A stretch of DNA of 63,413 nt, counting the filler, from Bigelowiella natans CCMP2755 (Eukaryota > Protista > Cercozoa), in NCBI GenBank assembly GCA_000320545.1. It is 6 parts of 6 records of this genome, joined end to end, with 100 filler letters (N's around TTAATTAATTAA, not from the genome) between each part and the next. Parts side by side here need not be neighbours in the genome. Positions count along the whole stretch, not along the records: positions 29,559 to 50,189 come from ADNK01001504.1; 5 more parts are not named here. The stretch is one strand, 5' to 3'. The notes beneath the pieces are model-generated. The model did not search any database, had not been told where the DNA came from, and worked only from the letters and a program-made list of their open reading frames with translations. The position numbers and the translations under genes were made by a program. Below, in pieces: positions 36,995 through 50,289 of this stretch (positions are counted from its first letter, which is position 1; each line of letters opens with the position of its first letter).

Positions 36995-37822
36995 ATGGCA
37001 CTCGTGTCGGCCGCGTATGATGCGTTCGTACTCAATTGCCGTGCTGCCGGAATGTCCGACCGCACCATTTGGACCTTGATTCTCTCATGCGCTCGGACGG
37101 GATCAATGGTAGCCGTGACAGTCTTCTTCACGTTCGTGGTGCCCCTGATCCCCGGAAGCAAGAGGTGGAAGCTCGATCATGGAGTGCCAAAGGAGTCCCG
37201 AAAGCTCGTGATGAAAGCGTTTCAGTCGAGCTGCATCAACCACGCAATTGTTTACCCTTTCGTCGCTTGGTTGCTATACCCAGCCCGAGCACTAGTTGAG
37301 ATGGAGCCCGGCGGGGTTCCTGGAGGATGGACTATTGCGTGGCAGATCGTCGTTTCGATTCTTCTCGAGGATTTCGGGTTTTATTGGTGCCACCGCCTTC
37401 TCCATCAAGATTTCCTCTACGGATACGTGCACAAACAGCACCACCAGTTCCACGCGAATGTACCGATCGCCGCGGAATATTTCCACCCTGTTGAGGACGT
37501 TTTGAATATTCTTCCGACTCTTTTAGGCCCGATTCTACTCAGAATGCACCTTGGCACCCTTGCGCTCTGGGTAATGATTAGGATTAGCGAGATCGTTGAT
37601 GCGCATAGCGGCTACTCTCTCCCTTTCTCCCCATGGGACCTCCTGCTCCGCATCCAAGGGGGGGCGGATAGACATGAGTACCATCATTCACACAACAAAG
37701 GATGCTATGGATCGTTCACGAAATTTTGGGACTGGGTGGCTGGCACGGACGTGGAATATAATGAGTGGAGGGCGAAAAGGCTTGCCGAAAAGATGCAAGG
37801 CGGCGGAAAGAAAACCGATTAG
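36995..37822 (+). CDS. ERG25: Fatty-acid-hydroxylase superfamily, C-4 sterol methyl oxidase (ERG25/SMO)-like; intronless
   Basis: Three His boxes HRLLH, HKQHH, HEYHH plus AAEYFHPVE, DAHSGYSLP and WDWVAGTD. Confidence 0.88.
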   Translation: MALVSAAYDAFVLNCRAAGMSDRTIWTLILSCARTGSMVAVTVFFTFVVPLIPGSKRWKLDHGVPKESRKLVMKAFQSSCINHAIVYPFVAWLLYPARALVEMEPGGVPGGWTIAWQIVVSILLEDFGFYWCHRLLHQDFLYGYVHKQHHQFHANVPIAAEYFHPVEDVLNILPTLLGPILLRMHLGTLALWVMIRISEIVDAHSGYSLPFSPWDLLLRIQGGADRHEYHHSHNKGCYGSFTKFWDWVAGTDVEYNEWRAKRLAEKMQGGGKKTD

Positions 37823-38422
37823 TCTCGGGAAATAGAGTCTCAGCATTGTTTCATGGTTCATGTATGCGCCTTTTTCGAATGTACGACCCGACAGATCGCT
37901 AGATGAATCGGAATGTGCGTTCACTGCATTGGAGCCTCTACATTTGTGTGTCCTCATCATAATTCATGCAGTGTAGCGCGGCTTGAAATTCTAAATTGCA
38001 CCATTAATCCTAGAATCGTCTGCCTGAATTTGTATTTTCGATTGCTCATCATGTATAACATGTGTCCGTTCCGAGGTCTAGTGAGGCGCACAGAATAATA
38101 CGGCTACGCGGCTCGCGGTTACAGAAGTCACAGATGGCTCTATAGTAGCAACGTGATATATGCATTTGTGATCGATGCTGGCATGCGCGCACGTGTTGTG
38201 TGTTTGTACGTAATGGGTAAGTAAAACTCACTCATGTCTGCAGGTTTCAGGTTCTTTTGCATGAATGCTGGCATCATGCATGCTTTAGACGATATTGCGT
38301 ACATCTCTCTGCACCAGTTAACATGTCTAGATGTATATGTTAGAAAATCGATGGCGATATTTACAAATTATTAGTACACAATTTTGTTTAATACATATTT
38401 CATTACAGATGCATTCTTTTTT

Positions 38423-39916
38423 TCAGTCGAACTTAATTGGGCGCCTTCTATCTGCTTTCTTGGCAGAATGCTTCTTCTTCTTATCTAGGCGCATTTCCTT
38501 TGCTTTCTTCTTCAATGCCTGATAAAGGATGGATGAAAATCCCTTGAACATGAGTGTTTTATTCATTTTCATCAAATAAGGTTAAGCTGCACCTTTATCC
38601 TTTTCTTTTTCTCCTCAGTCGCCTCTTTCGGAAGCCAAGACGCCTATACATCAGTAATTACATCGAGATTTTTGTCCAGATTCATGCTTACAAGTTTAAT
38701 TTCGCCCATCATCACCTATCTTCCTATATCACACGACCAAAAGCGCGAAGGCACTCACACTAGGATTACCTTATCGATCATACTTTGCATCTTAGAAAGC
38801 GCGTCGTCGATGTTTGAAAGCTGAGGAAAGTTATGATCGATACGTCAATGTATTAGTCGTTGTGAGACTTCCTCAAGATCTATCTTTTTACACACCTGTG
38901 TTCTATGCCTTTGGGATTGTACGACCAACTCGAAATCGTTGTTAATACGGTTTTTCTCCTGCTCTAGAAGCTTTTCTTTTACCCAATCTGGGATGAAGTC
39001 CGCCTACATTATTGTCATCCATCATCGTCGTCGTCACCATCTTCATCAGGAAGGTCATTTAGTTGGATTTCGAGCTGTTGTTGCGTCTATGAACATAGCC
39101 GGGAAAGAGGGGGTGGGATGAATATACCTCTAAGACGTTGAGTCTCATGTCAACCTTGGTATTAACTTTGTTCACATTCTGCCCCCCAGCACCTGATCAG
39201 TCATTTTCCGTGAGATTACTAAAGTTCAGATCATACCATAAGGCTAGTATTTCATTGAATTCGTAGTTCTAGAATATGTAGCAAAGCTCGAGATTATCCG
39301 TTAAGCTGTCGACCGCTGCTTCGAGCGAAGGAGATCTTTACGTCGTCTTTCGTCAATTTTCGCTCCTGCGTGTGCACGAAGTATTAGTTCAAACCGAAGT
39401 ATCACCTCCTCCTCATCCAAAACACGTTTTCATTTATATCTCCATGTCGATTAATGCGTGTTAGGTCGAAGATGGACTTGTCCACGTTTCTCCTCTTGGC
39501 AAGTGTTGCTGCTGCTACTGTTGTTGTTGTTGTTGTTGTTGTGCTTGTTCTGCCACATGCAGGTCCGTACTAACCGGCAGCGGTTTAGGTTCAGGAGATG
39601 GCTCCGATTGATCGCCAGCTCCCGGGTTCTCCTTGCATCGAATATCTGAAACGAACCCACGAATCGATCCCGACGAGAACGGGCCAGGGACGACGAAGCG
39701 GGGCTGGAAATAGGCTGGCAATTCTCTCCACTGCCTTCGAGTTGGTGCTGTGCTTCTAGCCGCCCTGTAACCACAAACCTCATTGATGATGAATAATATA
39801 CGATATTACTTAGCATCAATTTTAGCACAGGGGCAATCACACCTTGGAGAAGGTATTCGAGCCAAACCACTGGAGGGGGGTAGTAGGAAGAGGGCTGCGG
39901 CGAGTAGAGCCGCCAT
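38423..39916 (-). CDS. arfB: ArfB/YaeJ/ICT1-type ribosome-rescue peptidyl-tRNA hydrolase with bipartite leader
   Basis: ISFARSSG-AGGQNVNKVNTKVDMRLNV (~39130-39340), NIDDALSKMQSMID, basic tail RLDKKKKHSAKKADRR; N-terminus MAALLAAALFLLPPSSGLA is signal-peptide-like. Confidence 0.9.
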
Positions 39917-40185
39917 TTTTCGTGCCTCTTCTTTTGGTACTTGTTCTGTAAAGTTTTCATCCGACAAACATCCAATAACAGCCAACCATAAAAAAATTAT
40001 CTAAAATCCCCTTCCATTCAGATTGTGCGTCTTCTCAAATGCATCGAAAAACGTAGAAACAGCATTCGTATCGGAACTGAAGCTATTTTGGTCAAACCTC
40101 CGATAAATTTTGATCTAAATTTCGACCTCAATCTTGCTCGGGGTTAACCTCCGTGCTCGCCTCCCCCTGGAAGATGGAATTAGGC

Positions 40186-40549
40186 ATGCGCTTATGAAGG
40201 GAAAGGTGAAGAGGAGACGGACCCTTGGGCTCAATTCGAGGCTAGTTACTAGACTCCTTCAACTCTGTACAGGTTGGTTATTCTTTTCCGAGGGGAGGGG
40301 GGGGAGGGGGCTAGGGAACGAGGAGCCTTCGCCGATAAAGCCAAGCTCTCATTTCCAGCGTCATTGTTCCTTCATCCCCCGCGTATGTCTAGGATTTTAC
40401 ATCGGGCTTTTCGTTTACCAAGGAACCTCCTTCTTTACTCGTGAGCACAATGTGAGGACAACCAAAACTATTCACAAACAGGCATTTTTAAGCACATCAC
40501 TTTATGTACACTAAAAGGAGGAAGTGGCGATAGCTGATCTGTCTACGAA

Positions 40550-40583
<34 letters not shown>

Positions 40584-43003
40584 ACTGATGATGGCTTTAC
40601 TGCAGCTGCAGAAGGTCATCTCTCCTTCTATCTTCGGATTAGAAAACCTACATAAATGTCTCCCTTTCACACCCTTTCGTTATTATCATTGCAGGCGCAG
40701 GTGTCATCATTGAACAAACTGATGTAGGAGCCGAGAGATCACCAGATAGAGTCTCTTCCGACAAAAACAACTACAGCAGCAGTAGCATCGAACGAGAAGA
40801 AATAGAAAACAGCACTCTCCACTTCGTCTACCTCGGTAGCTTGAGCTGTTCTGTCATCATCCATAGAATCAATAGTATATTCGGGATATACGGCGAGAGG
40901 AGGAAAGGGGAGCGGTAGTAGCTTTTGTTACATCCTGGTTGGGTGTGTTTCTTCCATAAAAATGCGTGTATATATGTTTTTTGCATGAGAGTAACAGGTA
41001 ATCATATTCTTGAGAACGTTATTGATACTGCTGAGAATATCTCCCACTCTGTTTCTGTGTAACAAAGGGCTTTGGGGCCCTCAATCCCCCCCCCCAAGAT
41101 TTGCCAAGAATCTGGTCTACCTAAACATTTTTAATTCCATAGTTGATCATATTGCAAGAAGTTTATTTTCGACCTTCAACACGATATCCATGTAGCGATT
41201 ATTTGCACCAGATTCCAATCATCTTCGTGCTCTGAGTGTATATTTGCGTTGTTCTTTTAATAGGACCGGTGGCGCACCGTCAATGCAAATCGTCCTCTCC
41301 GTCTCTGGAACATCACTGCGGTGAATGAGCTTATAAGTCGGGTGCGGTAATTGGTGGAGGGGAAGGGGGAGATCAAATATATCTTCTTGATACTTCCCCA
41401 ATTTTCGATTTAAACTCCTTATAAGCTCGAGTTGAGCTTTTCAACGTAAAATAAAACCATCAGATGGCATTGGAGGGCACTATGGATCTTAGGCACACGT
41501 TCAGCATAGCAAAACCAATTCAAATGGCTGATATCGCCAGATATGCAATTCTCTACTATCACGGAGGCTGGTAATACTCGCTAAGCTGGGGGGAAGTGGG
41601 GGGGTGGTAAAGGCGCATCTGTCATCCATAGTGCTCACATAATCTTAAGAGGAATTGCGCAAGTTACCTCTACCCTTTTCTCACTAGGTACTTCGATATG
41701 GACACGGGAGCCGAATGCAACTATGGACAATTGTCGAGGTAGGTATCATCCTTTACGAACGCTCCTCATCACACGGACCACAAAACAACGCGGATTCGGA
41801 TTCTCTTGTGTCGCTCATTAGATGTGATGAAGGAAATCCACCCGTACTCTTTGCTGTTGTATCAAATACACAAATGTTCTCTCGTTTAGGAGTGGGAACA
41901 ATCCGTCTGAAGGCTGTTCAAACGACATAACGGAGCTTGAGAAGTTTGTAAATCCTCATCAGCAAAGCCTCACAGGTTGACATTGTACCAGGCAGAAGAT
42001 GAAAATAGCAGGAGAATGTTAAGAGCGGCCGATACACTTTGAACGGCCGGGTAGACTTGAAGCAACTGCTGCTCCACGATGCCTGGCTGCTAGGAGATAA
42101 GTAGCATAAAGGACTCTTTTCTAGGGTTCAGATGCTTACACATGTACACATGTCCTTCAGGTATCTTCGTGTGGGAAATGGGGCGAAGGAGCCGCTCCGA
42201 TGTAATGGAGTCTGCAAAGCGACCTTGTCGCGCGGGGATGCCAGAATATCGCACTCGAGTAAGTAAATCCTCCTCCATGCCATCAACAAAATGCTTGCCT
42301 GTTGTGGCCAGCCAATACATTACAAAAGTCATAGGACGCAACGATAATAAGACTTAGCTGCGCTTCTTTCATTGATACAGCTTGCCAACTACGCAATCTG
42401 GGCGCAGAGAGGGTCTCCTGTAATGGAGAGGCTTATCAGACTCACAATCTATCGTGTGGATGCATTGGTGAACATAAAAAGTCGAGAGAGCAGCCAAAGA
42501 TCATCATCTGGAAAGTCGCCCTGCGCATTGCCGGGACACGACAATGGCCAGGCTTACGAGGTGGATGACTGAGACCGCGAGAACATAAATTTTACTTTGT
42601 TGATGAAACCTGGAATGCTATCATACCACACAGACCGACCGTGCGCACGCGGTTCAAGGTTCGTTCCTCCGAATAAAAACAGCACCCTTTGCTTTGAACG
42701 CATAATGCACAGGTTTTGTGGTCAACGGGCCCGGATTCGTTGACGGAAGCTGTGCTGGGAATTCGGGACGCAGGCTTTGACGACGACGTTCCGGACATCA
42801 GCAGCTCTGCAGGCGAAGCCAGTCTACCCCACCATCGTTTTTGTTCCAAAGCATCTGGTGTTGGGCAGGGTGAGCTCCGGCAGGCGGGCCAGCAGCGGGA
42901 CGATTGTGCGGGGCACGACAGACTTGTAACGAATGAAGGCGCACTCATTTTGGACCCGAGATCTCACCTCTTCAACGCGAACTCGTGGACGTGGCGTACG
43001 TAG
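40186..43003 (+). CDS. GT32 DXD glycosyltransferase, Och1-like, multi-exon
   Basis: MADIARYAILYYHGGW-YFDMD (41524-41704), IQLANYAIWAQRGSP, VLWSTGPDSLTEAV, HLFNANSW. 5' end uncertain. Confidence 0.8.
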
Positions 43004-43551
43004 CTAGATAGATCAGAGGTGGCCATGGGGAAAACTGCTGCTACACATGCGCATGCGCGGACAAAATGTTTCCATTGCATGATGACGCACAAAGCTCTCT
43101 GCTGTACAAGCATATTTAGATTTAGAAAGGCATTCTAGCATTGTGCCCTACACCAGCAGCATCGGTCATGCATCATGACAGCAGCGCATTCAGCTAGTTT
43201 TCAGCGCGTCATCACATCCTAGCGTCGTGAGCATGTGCAGTCGCGGGCACTTATATCCGATGCTATCGATAATAGCAGTCTATCTATCTGCTGAAAAGCG
43301 AAACTAGCTCATTCCGCTGATGCTGAAGGCTACGTGCTGAAAGGCGATAATCAACACACATCAATGTCTAGATCTTGGAACTCTTAGAACTTAAAATTTC
43401 ATTATATTTCATGCGTGTTTGTCCTAAAGATACATTCAATGAGAGCTGCTACGGCAAAGCCAATAAATAGAGGTAGAGCGAAACTAATGACTGAATTAAA
43501 TACATGCTACCATATTCATAATGGCAAATAACGGCCCAGCTTTTTTTTGAC

Positions 43552-45196
43552 TCAAGTTCCCTTGCAAGTGCTGTCAGGGTTTGGGATTACGGCGGGGGGT
43601 GGCTCCACTACCTTAATATTATCATCTTTTGCAATGAATTGGAGAGTATACCTCTCTGCAAATATGTGGATGTAGTAGCGAGCACCGTTCCACACGCAGT
43701 ACACGTAGAGAATGAACAAATAGACGAGGTGCGCCCAGAAGCTCTCGAATAGGACTTTGCAAGGTAGCATCGTGAAGAACGTGTAGCCTGCTTGGAACGT
43801 GACGAAGATTATCTTCGTCTTCCACGTCTTGTAATTAAACTTCTCGTCTTTGCCCATGATACCTGATGCGTTTGTGTAGTGATTAATAACAGTGATCATG
43901 GGCAACAGCAGCAAGGAACCGCAGTACAACATGCAAGTGCTAGCAGCGATGCAGCTCCTCTCACTCTCCCATAGCTTGTGTACACCACACTACACATACA
44001 TCACCCCCTCCATCGCTGACCTAAGCTCCTCGCGAGTTTGAGGGAAAGGAAGTGTACGGGCATGCGGGGATGTGTGGAAATCCATCGACAGGAAGTCTGG
44101 AGGCCCTTTTTCTGGATCTCCTCCCCCCCCAGCACCTCGGTGAGCATGAGCTGCAGGACCTGCCAGAGGAGATACCCACTGAACGACATAACCCACCAAT
44201 TCCACAAGCTCAACGAGCACGCCCCCTCATCTCCTCCTTCGCACATTGGGGAGGGCCCTTTGGAGTACCAGCGGATACAGAGCGTCAAGATCGACGGTGT
44301 AGCGTGTATGTAGAGGGTGGTGACCTTTTCAAGGCTGTGAAATACCAAGCTGTTTCTCCACGTCACCATCGCAAGCACAACGGGGCCGTTTGCCCAAACG
44401 AAGCAAACTTGGTTCAGCACGGTGTTGTTCGGAAAGAACAGGACGACCAGCGAGCACACAGCGTTGACGAAGTAGCAGAAATCAAACAAGAAATACTTGA
44501 AGATGCCTCCCCACCAGAGGATGCAGCGGGTTATTATCATTGCCCAAGCAGTAATAACGTAGAAAATCCAGAAAAAGTGTGGAAAACGCAAAGTCATGAA
44601 CTCAGCTGAAACGAGAAGTATCACTCCAAGGGTGAAGGAGACGCAATCTATCATCCGCACCACCGGGGGCTCCTTTACATAGTCGCGAACTCGTTTGTTT
44701 GAATCTCCCGTTATGATCCTGCGGGCAGTGCGTGTGGAATGCTCTTCCAGCTTCCGCGTGACTTCGTTGCCTCTCCTCCTTAACCCATTTCGAATTTCCT
44801 TTAATCGATCCTTGGCGCTATTGAATTTCTTCGCCATTTTTTTCCGCTCTGCTTGAAGCCTGTTCCCCCAAGCTTTCGTCCGTTTGCGCAGGGAATCGGG
44901 GACTTTAACTTCGTCCAGAAAGCTGAAGAATAATTGGAATAATTGGAATACACGTGTGCGTATGTGTTGGCGACATATTAGGGTCAGAGATATGGGTGAG
45001 GGGCTATTTGTGTGTATGTATGTGTCTCTTGAAGCATTCACCCCAGAAGATCAATAAGCGTCAGGGCGTCATCGTCTGTGGAAAGGAGAAATTTCTCTGT
45101 CGATTCATCGAACATCTCCCAATTATCAAGGTCGGGATCGTCAACAGTGGGTGACAGTGAACTTCCATCCGAGGTTTCAGGATTTGTGCCTACCAT
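43552..45196 (-). CDS. GPC1: Glycerophosphocholine acyltransferase (GPC1/DUF2838)
   Basis: DCVSFTLGV, FLFDFCYFVN, NGPVVLAMVTWRNSLVFHSLEKVTTLYIH, WNGARYYIHIFAERY. Further 5' exons possible. Confidence 0.88.
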
Positions 45197-45975
45197 CTAG
45201 GAAGGCGGAGAGAGAAGAGAACGAATCAAGCACATTGATACGCTACAAAGTTTCTGGGATATTTTTGAAAGAATAAAATGGTAAAAGTGTTCATAATCAA
45301 AAAGGGAAATCTGCTTAACCTATGAGCGTCGTGTATTCCGATCAGATGGTTCCCCACCAGAGAAAAAGGAACTACCTCCTTAACGGCAGAGTAGGGAAGG
45401 GTGCCGGCAGGCTAAGTTTAAGATTACGACAATAACATGAATCCTTCTATTGATACTTATAGGAACTGAATTAAGAAAGACGACATGGAGATTATGTTAA
45501 GTCTGTTTAACTTTAGCCATACAGATCCTTGATAGGAACTTGACTTGGTACTAACTGGTGACCTCAGCTTCCTTAAACTGGGCCTTGCGACAATAAATAT
45601 GACCTCGTTTTCCTGTATAATCGCTTCCATTTCATCATTGCTGCTGGCCACTTCCGGTTAAGTTCCGACAAGAACTTTTCGGAAAGTTCTAGTCGAAAGG
45701 AATACATTCTAGTTTGAATCAGCGACATGCCAGTAAGTTAGTTTTTTGTCCAGATGCAATGCAAAAGTATCCAAATTTGTCCGCATTGACTCTGAGGAGA
45801 CAGTTCCTGCTGACAGATGCACCAACCCAGTCGAGGTACGACAACCACAGGACCAAGACTCTATAAACCTTTCGACTGAAATCTGAGAAAATTCTTCAAT
45901 TTTTATTTTTATCTGCATTTTGTTCTTGACGCTCATAGAGAACGATCTACATTTCACCATTTTACGGAACAAAGC

Positions 45976-47020
45976 ATGGATGTCGGTACCCCCCTCTGGC
46001 TCGCTCTGTTCGCGCCTCTCCTTCTGATCCCACGAAGCCCCATTCGCTCTGTATATCGACCGTCCGCTGCAAAAGGGTAAGATTATATCAGCTAGTCGAA
46101 TGAAATATTGTAAGCAGGCTATAATAGTGTGTCAAAAGGTTATTTTTGAGACGTTGTGTTTCTTGCTCCATTCCGACACAGAGCCCCCGCCCTCGCATCG
46201 CGTCGTTTCTCACCAGTTAGTTCCCGTGTTACCCCTCTTCGGAGAATTCCAGTTCTATATAGTTCGAAAAGTAGTGGAAAGGGGGCAGAAAGAAGTTTGG
46301 GTAAAAGGAAGACTATAAAAGGAAAAGGGGGTCAGCAGCCAGATCAGCGGCTGAGGCGCCTACTAGAGTCATATGGGATACGAGAGGTTGTCATTTCAAG
46401 TTTGGAAAGCCAGGTAAATAATACACAATCGAAATTAGATAGAATGTATTTGTTGAGGTTCGACGCCACAGCATGAGAGTCATATGTGTTAGCCAGCAGC
46501 CTGACATCATTTTACTCTCTCCCCCCCTCCGCGCCTCTCCCCAGGCTATCACACCAGAGATAGCGCCATTTCTCTCAGACTTAGAGCTCGAAGAACTAAA
46601 AGTCAAGGGAGACGATCTCATTCTGTTCAAGAAGGCCATTAACAAGAAAGGCAGCCCAACACAAGTTGTATACAGCCAGGCGGACTTGGAGCGACTTCAG
46701 TCATCTGTTCTTGCAGATCAAGAGGTGATAGCAAACAAGAAAAGCCTAGTTGGTGAACGGTATAAGACCATAACGATGATTACTTTGCCTTTATATCCTA
46801 ATCGTTTCGCTTCTTCCTCTGATTAAAGGATCTCGATGATTGGGACGACGAAGAGGACGCACAAGAGATGCACTCAGATGGTGATGAGGACTTCTTAGAC
46901 GACTACGAGGCCGAAGATGACTTAAGGAGGGGTGGGAGAAATGGAAGATTTGCTTCTTCAGAGATGTCTCGGTAACATGTTCAGCAATTCAATTGAAATA
47001 TCTCTCAGTGATATGCAGTC

Positions 47021-47056
<36 letters not shown>

Positions 47057-47689
47057 TGTAAACAAATTGCATTTATAAACGCGATTCTATTTTTTCCAGC
47101 ACTATGATGGATTTAATTCTCTGGTTATGTTCGTATAAACTTTCCTGCCCCTTCCCCCGGTCATATCCGCAGAAGACGGAGACTGTTTAGTGGGAACGAG
47201 CAATTTGAGGAGGAGGAGCTAGATGATGACTTCTTTCATGGAGAAGGAGAGAAAAAGGATGATAATACTAGATCTGGCTCCGAAGTGCGGAAGGTGCTGC
47301 TCAAAGCAGGGGAGGGGGTGGATGTTGATCGCAACTTTATCCCACTAGAAGAAGAGGACTATGAGGAAATCGGTAAGAGCAGCTAGATTATTGTTTATAC
47401 ATGGTGATGATGAGAAACGAGTCTTGTTTTCGTGTCCCTATTATATAAAATGGTAATAATAAGAGAACATTATTTTGCTTTGTGTTTGCGAGGGTACTCT
47501 CTCTATCTATCTATCTATCTATCTTCTTATTGTTGTCATTGGTGCCCCACTCATCCAAACAGGATACAACAGCCGGATGATGAACGAGCTGCGAAATATG
47601 GTGCGGTTTCTTCTGATGACAACAACATCATCATCATCATCATCATCATCACCATCATCATTATCTTCACCATCATCATTATCTTCAAT

Positions 47690-47723
<34 letters not shown>

Positions 47724-48043
47724 CGATCATCACCATCGCCATTATCGAACACGTTATCAACAATACCTACAACAAAGACAACTTTAACAACGGAGAATTG
47801 ATCATATCACGCCCACGGCAAGACTCAAATGAAAGATCGGCCTTACTTGGTGCACATCTTTCCACTGCTTTTACTGCTGATTCTTGGTGTTGTTACTTGC
47901 TGCTGTAGGGGATGATAAGAAAAGCTCTTCCAGGACTTCCAAAGCCCCGTAAGATACGAATTTCTTCCTCAAAATACGTCGGCAGTAGCAAAAGCATTCA
48001 TTTCTGCCCTCCGCCGCGCTTCATAGAGGTGGAATTAAGAAAT

Positions 48044-48117
<74 letters not shown>

Positions 48118-49139
48118 ATGACTATATCTATATGTAGCTGTGTTCGCGTTTTCGTTTTGTGTGTGTGCATGTACAGTAATTCACTTCTTCTGAGTATACA
48201 AATTCCCACCCAAATATGCGTCTCAAATGGCTCCTTAGTTCGCCGTAATTGGCCGGTCAAACGTGGGGAAATCGTCGTTGATAAATGCCCTCACTGGCAA
48301 CTTGAAGCTTGCATCCGTCTCTAAGCAACCTGGGAAAGTAGTAGTAGTTGTCGTCGTCGTCGTCGTTGTTGTTGTTGTTGTTGTTGTTGTTGGTGTACAC
48401 TTTTGCGTATTTTCAGCGTGCGTTATAAATAGGTTGACTATGTCGTCGCATTGTCATAAAGCATGAATTTTGTCCAAGAATCCCTCTCTGTTGTATCTGC
48501 CGTGATCAGCTGCCTGCTGCTGTTTTGCCCTGCCCATTGTTCTTCGTAGACGAAGTCCATAAACCACTACTTGATAGACGACAAGTGGTACCTCGTCGAC
48601 CTCCCAGGATACGGGTATTGTTAATTAATATTTATTATCACAATACGATAATAGCGAGATGATGATGGTCGTCGCGTGGAAATTTGCAATTGCGCGACGT
48701 TATTTCCTTGAAAACCATGAAGTGTCAAGATATTGGGCAGCAGTAGTAGCAGCATCAGCCCCTTAGAACTCGCACTCGAAAGAAAAAACTCCTGGAATTG
48801 AAGGCGATGAATTTGGCTCAGCCGTCAGCCGTTCCCCTCCCCCAGCCCCCCCCTTGATACTTCTTCTCTATAGGTACGCTAAAGTGAAGAAGACGGAAAG
48901 ATTTGGCTGGCACAAAGCGACGAAACAGTTTTTCATGGAAAGGAATACGCTTGCTCTTGTTATGCTTCTCGTCGATTCTAGTAGGGAGTGAGGGGTAGAC
49001 TAGTGGAGGATGGAGGGGGTAGGGAGAAAGTATAAATCAAAGGCCTAAAGTAACACTACGACCTAGAATATTTGTGCGTATGTGTGTGCGTGTGCATGTA
49101 CGTGCGTGTTTCTCTCTCTCTTTCTCCCCCCATCCCCCC

Positions 49140-49176
<37 letters not shown>

Positions 49177-49890
49177 TATGTGTGTGTGTGTGTATGTGTG
49201 TGCGTGTATGGTTCATATGTTTTCGTTCTTATAATGCAATTTGTCCAGGCATAACCCCACAGCAAATCGATCTTGATTGCGCGTATTGGCTCGGAGAGGC
49301 ACAGATACCCTTCATCCTCGTGTTCACAAAAACGGACAAAAAGGCGAAGAAGGGAGCCCCCAAACCTGCGGAAAATATCAAGGTTTGAGTTGTGCTTCGG
49401 CAACGGCAACAATATTACACTGTGCTCATACAAATTCATCAATATTCAGAAACGTATTAAAATGAATATTTATCCGAGTGAAAGAATACTAAGTACGCAA
49501 TAAATCACTCGCGCCGCCCCCCCCCCCCACCCCCCCCACCAAATATGACATTGCGCGCTTACCTCGGCGTTTATATTTTAGGCATTCACTCGAATAATGT
49601 CACGGGACTGGGAGAATGTTCCAGCTTATGTGGCGACGAGCTCAGCCAAAGGGGAGGGTCTTCCAGAGCTTCTGACTTATCTGGCGCAGGTCTAGTTCAT
49701 TATGCGAGTCATTCATATACATATTACTAGATTATCCTGAAAATTCTCTACAGTGATTTAGCAGCCCCCCCAAACAAATACAATGAGCGTGTGTGGGCGC
49801 CCAAAGGGGATATGCATATTTGTTTCTTTTCCGCGCCAACGTGAAGGAGCTGTTCCTTAATGAACTGCGACACGGGTTCTGGAATCAAGG
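45976..49890 (+). CDS. engB: EngB/YihA/YsxC ribosome-biogenesis GTPase with bipartite leader and long acidic/Ser-rich N-terminal part
   Basis: G1 GRSNVGKSSLINALTG (~48251), G3 YLVDLPGYG (~48590), G4 VFTKTDK (~49320), TSSAKGEGLPEL (~49636); leader MDVGTPLWLALFAPLLLIP. Last exon uncertain. Confidence 0.9.
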
Positions 49891-50189
49891 TAAGGAACGG
49901 GAAAAAATAAAAAATATTGGGAAAAGGCCTCCCGCTAAAAAAGACAAGTAAAATTAGAATTTAAGACATCTACGCATATATATATCCCGTACTACTGGTA
50001 ATACACACATATAAAATGTGTGCATTGTGCTGAGAGAAACGAAGAGACTGAATATGCCTCACGCTGAGTACATGTGTATGCGACAAGATCGATTACATCA
50101 ATCCAGACCCGCGTGTTTTTCTCACTTTCTGGCTTCTGCAAATTTCCTTCCTCTTCACCATACAGTCTCTGTGCGTCATATTCTCGGCT

Positions 50190-50289
50190 NNNNNNNNNNN
50201 NNNNNNNNNNNNNNNNNNNNNNNNNNNNNNNNNTTAATTAATTAANNNNNNNNNNNNNNNNNNNNNNNNNNNNNNNNNNNNNNNNNNNN
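50190..50289. other. Assembly spacer
   Basis: N44-TTAATTAATTAA-N44. Confidence 0.97.
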
